A DNA stretch of 64,000 nt from Octopus sinensis (lineage: Eukaryota), in NCBI RefSeq assembly GCF_006345805.1, contig NC_043000.1, positions 20,584,001 through 20,648,000 of the forward strand, given 5' to 3'. Positions 61,149-64,000 of this stretch are shown here, piece after piece. Position numbers and translations under genes: made by a program. The notes beneath the pieces were generated by a model. The model was not told where the DNA came from. It saw only the letters and a list, made by a program, of their open reading frames with translations, and made no database searches. Positions within the stretch are counted from its first letter, which is position 1. The number at the start of each line of letters is the position of its first letter.

Positions 61149-61553
61149 AGGCGTAGGAGTGGCTGTGTGGTAAGTAGCTTGCTTACCAACCACATGGTTC
61201 CGGGTTCAGTCCCACTGCGTGGCACCTTGGGCAAGTGTCTTCTGCTATAGCCTCGGGCCGACTAAAGCCTTGTGAGTGGATTTGGTCGGCGGAAACTCAA
61301 CGAAGCCCATCGTATATATGTACATGTATATATATACGTGTGTGGATGTTTATGTGTGTGTTTGTCCCTCCAACATTGCTTGACAACCGATGCTGGTGAG
61401 TTTACGTCCCCGTAACTTAGCGGTTCGGCAAAAGAGACCGATACAATAAGTACTAGGCTTACAAAGAATAATTCCTGGGGGTCGATTTGCTCGACTAAAG
61501 GTGGTGCTCCAGCATGGCCGCAGTCAAATAACTGAAACAAGTAAGAGTAAAAG
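61149..61553 (+). mobile_element. SINE family B
   Basis: Full head to tail. Confidence 0.85.
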
Positions 61554-61559
61554 AGGGTG

Positions 61560-62060
61560 TAACGGATATTTTTCCTTCTTTAAATTTATTTAATGTTTTG
61601 CTCTGGAGGCCGCCGAGACCGGTGAAGTTAACGATTCCCATGGTCAGCATTCTTCTTAAAATGAACAACGTGGAGATTCTAAAGGAATGATGCTCTAACA
61701 TCATTCCTTTCGGTTAAGTGCTTGGTGCGGTGTCTGGCTCTGTTGGCGCTGTCTCCTTGGTGCCTATATTTGTGACAAGGAGAGACGAGTGAGTTTAAAT
61801 GGGACTGGATGGAGGAAGCGCAAGACCAGCCAGTTTCGAAGAGCGAAGTGAGGAGTCCGCACCACATCTTTGTGCAGAAGTTGAAAAGTGATTGTGAGCG
61901 TCTCCATGTCAATTAGTCGGGAAACATTTCTTCGGTGCAGTTGTGCGTACCGTTTCAGCATCGTTTGGGATGTGGAGAGCAATACGCGTTTGAAGGTTTC
62001 ATTTGAGCTTTGTAAAGGACTTGAACGATGGAGGCTAACTAGTTCATGACTACACAGGTG
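61560..62060 (-). mobile_element. Possible ORF1/ORF2 junction fragment of a second L1/Tx1-like LINE
   Basis: MLTMGIVNFTGLGG resembles an APE N-terminus (compare MAIHIGCLNVHGL); truncated by SINEs on both sides. Confidence 0.35.
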
Positions 62061-62078
62061 GGCAAGTATACATACTCT

Positions 62079-62479
62079 TTTGCTTGTTTCAGTCATTTGA
62101 CTGCGGCCATGCTGGAGAACCGCCTTTAGTCGAGCAAATCGACCCCGGACTTATTCTTTGTAAGCCCAGTACTTATTCTATCGGTCTCTTTTGCCGAACC
62201 GCTAAGTAACGGGGACGTAAACACACCAGCATCGGTTGTCAAGCAATGCTAGGGGGACAAACACAGACACACAAATATATACACACACATATATATATAT
62301 ATATATACATATATACGACAGGCTTCTTTCAGTTTCCGTCTACCAAATCCACTCACAAGGCATTGGTCGGCCCGGGGCTATAGCAGAAGACACTTGCCCA
62401 AGATGCCACGCAGTGGGACTGAACCCGGAACCATGTGGTTGGTTAGTAAGCTACTTACCACACAGCCACTCCTGCGCCT
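62079..62479 (-). mobile_element. SINE family B
   Basis: Full reverse-complement copy. Confidence 0.85.
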
Positions 62480-63169
62480 GTGTACGTATGTGTGCATGCG
62501 CGCCCACGTGAGCGTGCGTGTGTATGTGTGTGTGTGTGTGTATTAATTTGCTTAACCATGAGTTAGACCAGTGGTTCTCAGCTTTTTCCCGACCATCACC
62601 CACTAAAACCTGTTTTTAACGTAAGCTACGTATTGGTAATATTACACCAAAAAATCATAACAAGTATTCTTTTCTACTCTAGGCACAAAGCCCGAAATTT
62701 TGAGGGAGGGGGCCAGTCGATTAGATCGACCCCAGTACGCAACTGATACTTAATTTATCCACCCCGAAAAGATGAAAAGCAAAGTCGACCATAAATATTA
62801 TGTAATTAGGAATAATCAACACTAAAAATATGTCCTTTCGGTATTATGTGATTTGAGGAATTTGGTTACTATTTCTGCCAGATCGAATGATTACACAGAG
62901 GTTATCTCGACTTGTATGAGTGAATATATGAGTACCTGTACATATTTCATACATACAGCTAACTCCAGATTATAACCAGTAGCGTAGCTGGGGTAGGACG
63001 AGAGGGTAGTACACTCCGTGTTACGATTTTACAGGAGCGACTGTCTTGGGTCTGTTGTATAAGCCAGCATAGGATTGTAGGGGCTCGAGTGAGTGGAACA
63101 ACAAACTCAAGCACTGCACCGGGCGGCACACACTCTAGCTAAGCTACTGGCTATAACAACCTATATAAT

Positions 63170-63640
63170 AAATAATAATAATAATAATGAAATTATTGTA
63201 TACAGTGCTCAGGTGCACCACATCTTGTCAAAAGTGCGCATAAAGCATATGCAGTAATGTACAAATGTATGGGAAGTGAACAGTGTATGAGTCAGATACA
63301 TGCTTGTGTGTGTATGGAGGGAAGAAAATCAGGTGTAGTGTTGGCGAATCTCAGGAAGCATGGAAGTTTTGAAGGATGCAGTGCTCCGACAACTAACAAC
63401 TGATGCCAGCAGTTGTTCCATGCTTCAGCAACTCTCAGCGTGAAAATATGTTTCCGAAAGTCATGGGAGCTGTGCTGTTTTCTGACTTTGTAAATATGTC
63501 CATGGGCGTTAGACAAGTGGAGTTTGAAAAGGTGCTCAGAGTTATTGTTAGTAAGATGATTAATAATTTTATAGGTGTCTGCCAAGTCAGCTGCCAGACG
63601 TCGGAGTTTCAATGTATCCATGCCCCATAGAAAGCCACGA
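63170..63640 (-). mobile_element. CR1/L2-group LINE 3' end with a (TAT)n tail
   Basis: LRRLAADLADTYKII...HGHIYKVRK...RKHIFTLRVAEAWN; (aat)n at ~63168-63188. Confidence 0.8.
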
Positions 63641-64000
63641 AGAAACCTATACATGGTTAGCATCTACCTAAAATCTTACCCAACCATCCTGGAAAAGAAA
63701 ACGACGAATCGGTGTAATGTACTTTTGCTTGTTTCTAAAAAGATGAGAGTTATCGTCATAGATTTTCTTCGTCGGAAATGACTTGGGCCTGCCTATAACG
63801 AAGATGGTTAATAAGGGAAATGTGGAAATGGATATATAACTTGAGATGAAATGAACTGGTAAGCGACTATTTATTCTCCGTCATAAAATACAATGATTGC
63901 TATACATGAAATAAAATAACATTAACAGGTTACAAGGATGCAAGAGCGGCTTCGTAGTTAGGCTGGACTGATCTTGTAAACAAAGTTGACGCACTGTCTG

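Overview
AT-rich, microsatellite- and retroposon-dense eukaryotic DNA. The SINE families and the (TA)n/(TACA)n/(TCTA)n load look like an Octopus (coleoid cephalopod) genome; this is recognition from memory, not a database hit. One host gene is supportable: a two-coding-exon TAF1A (RNA polymerase I SL1 subunit A) homologue on the minus strand, 9504..8929 joined to 5001..4132, about 481 aa. The rest is mostly mobile DNA. The most interesting system is a near-full-length Tx1/L1-clade LINE (13133-18480) sitting between the A and B boxes of a tRNA-derived SINE with a 16-bp TSD. Its last 33 nt match the 3' tail of one variant of that SINE at 29/33, and that variant forms head-less tandem arrays whose junction falls on the same nucleotide as the LINE's 3' junction. 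This suggests a SINE-targeting LINE with a self-targeting partner SINE. Other observations: several minimal hammerhead-ribozyme-like motifs of Penelope type (one family with a non-canonical core), stacked 3' ends of an RLE-type (R4/Dong-like) LINE in (TACA)n repeats, an ~830-bp foldback palindrome, non-autonomous Helitrons, and MITEs, one of them flanked by a 103-bp duplication. All alignments were done by eye, and repeat boundaries are approximate unless a TSD or TIR is quoted.
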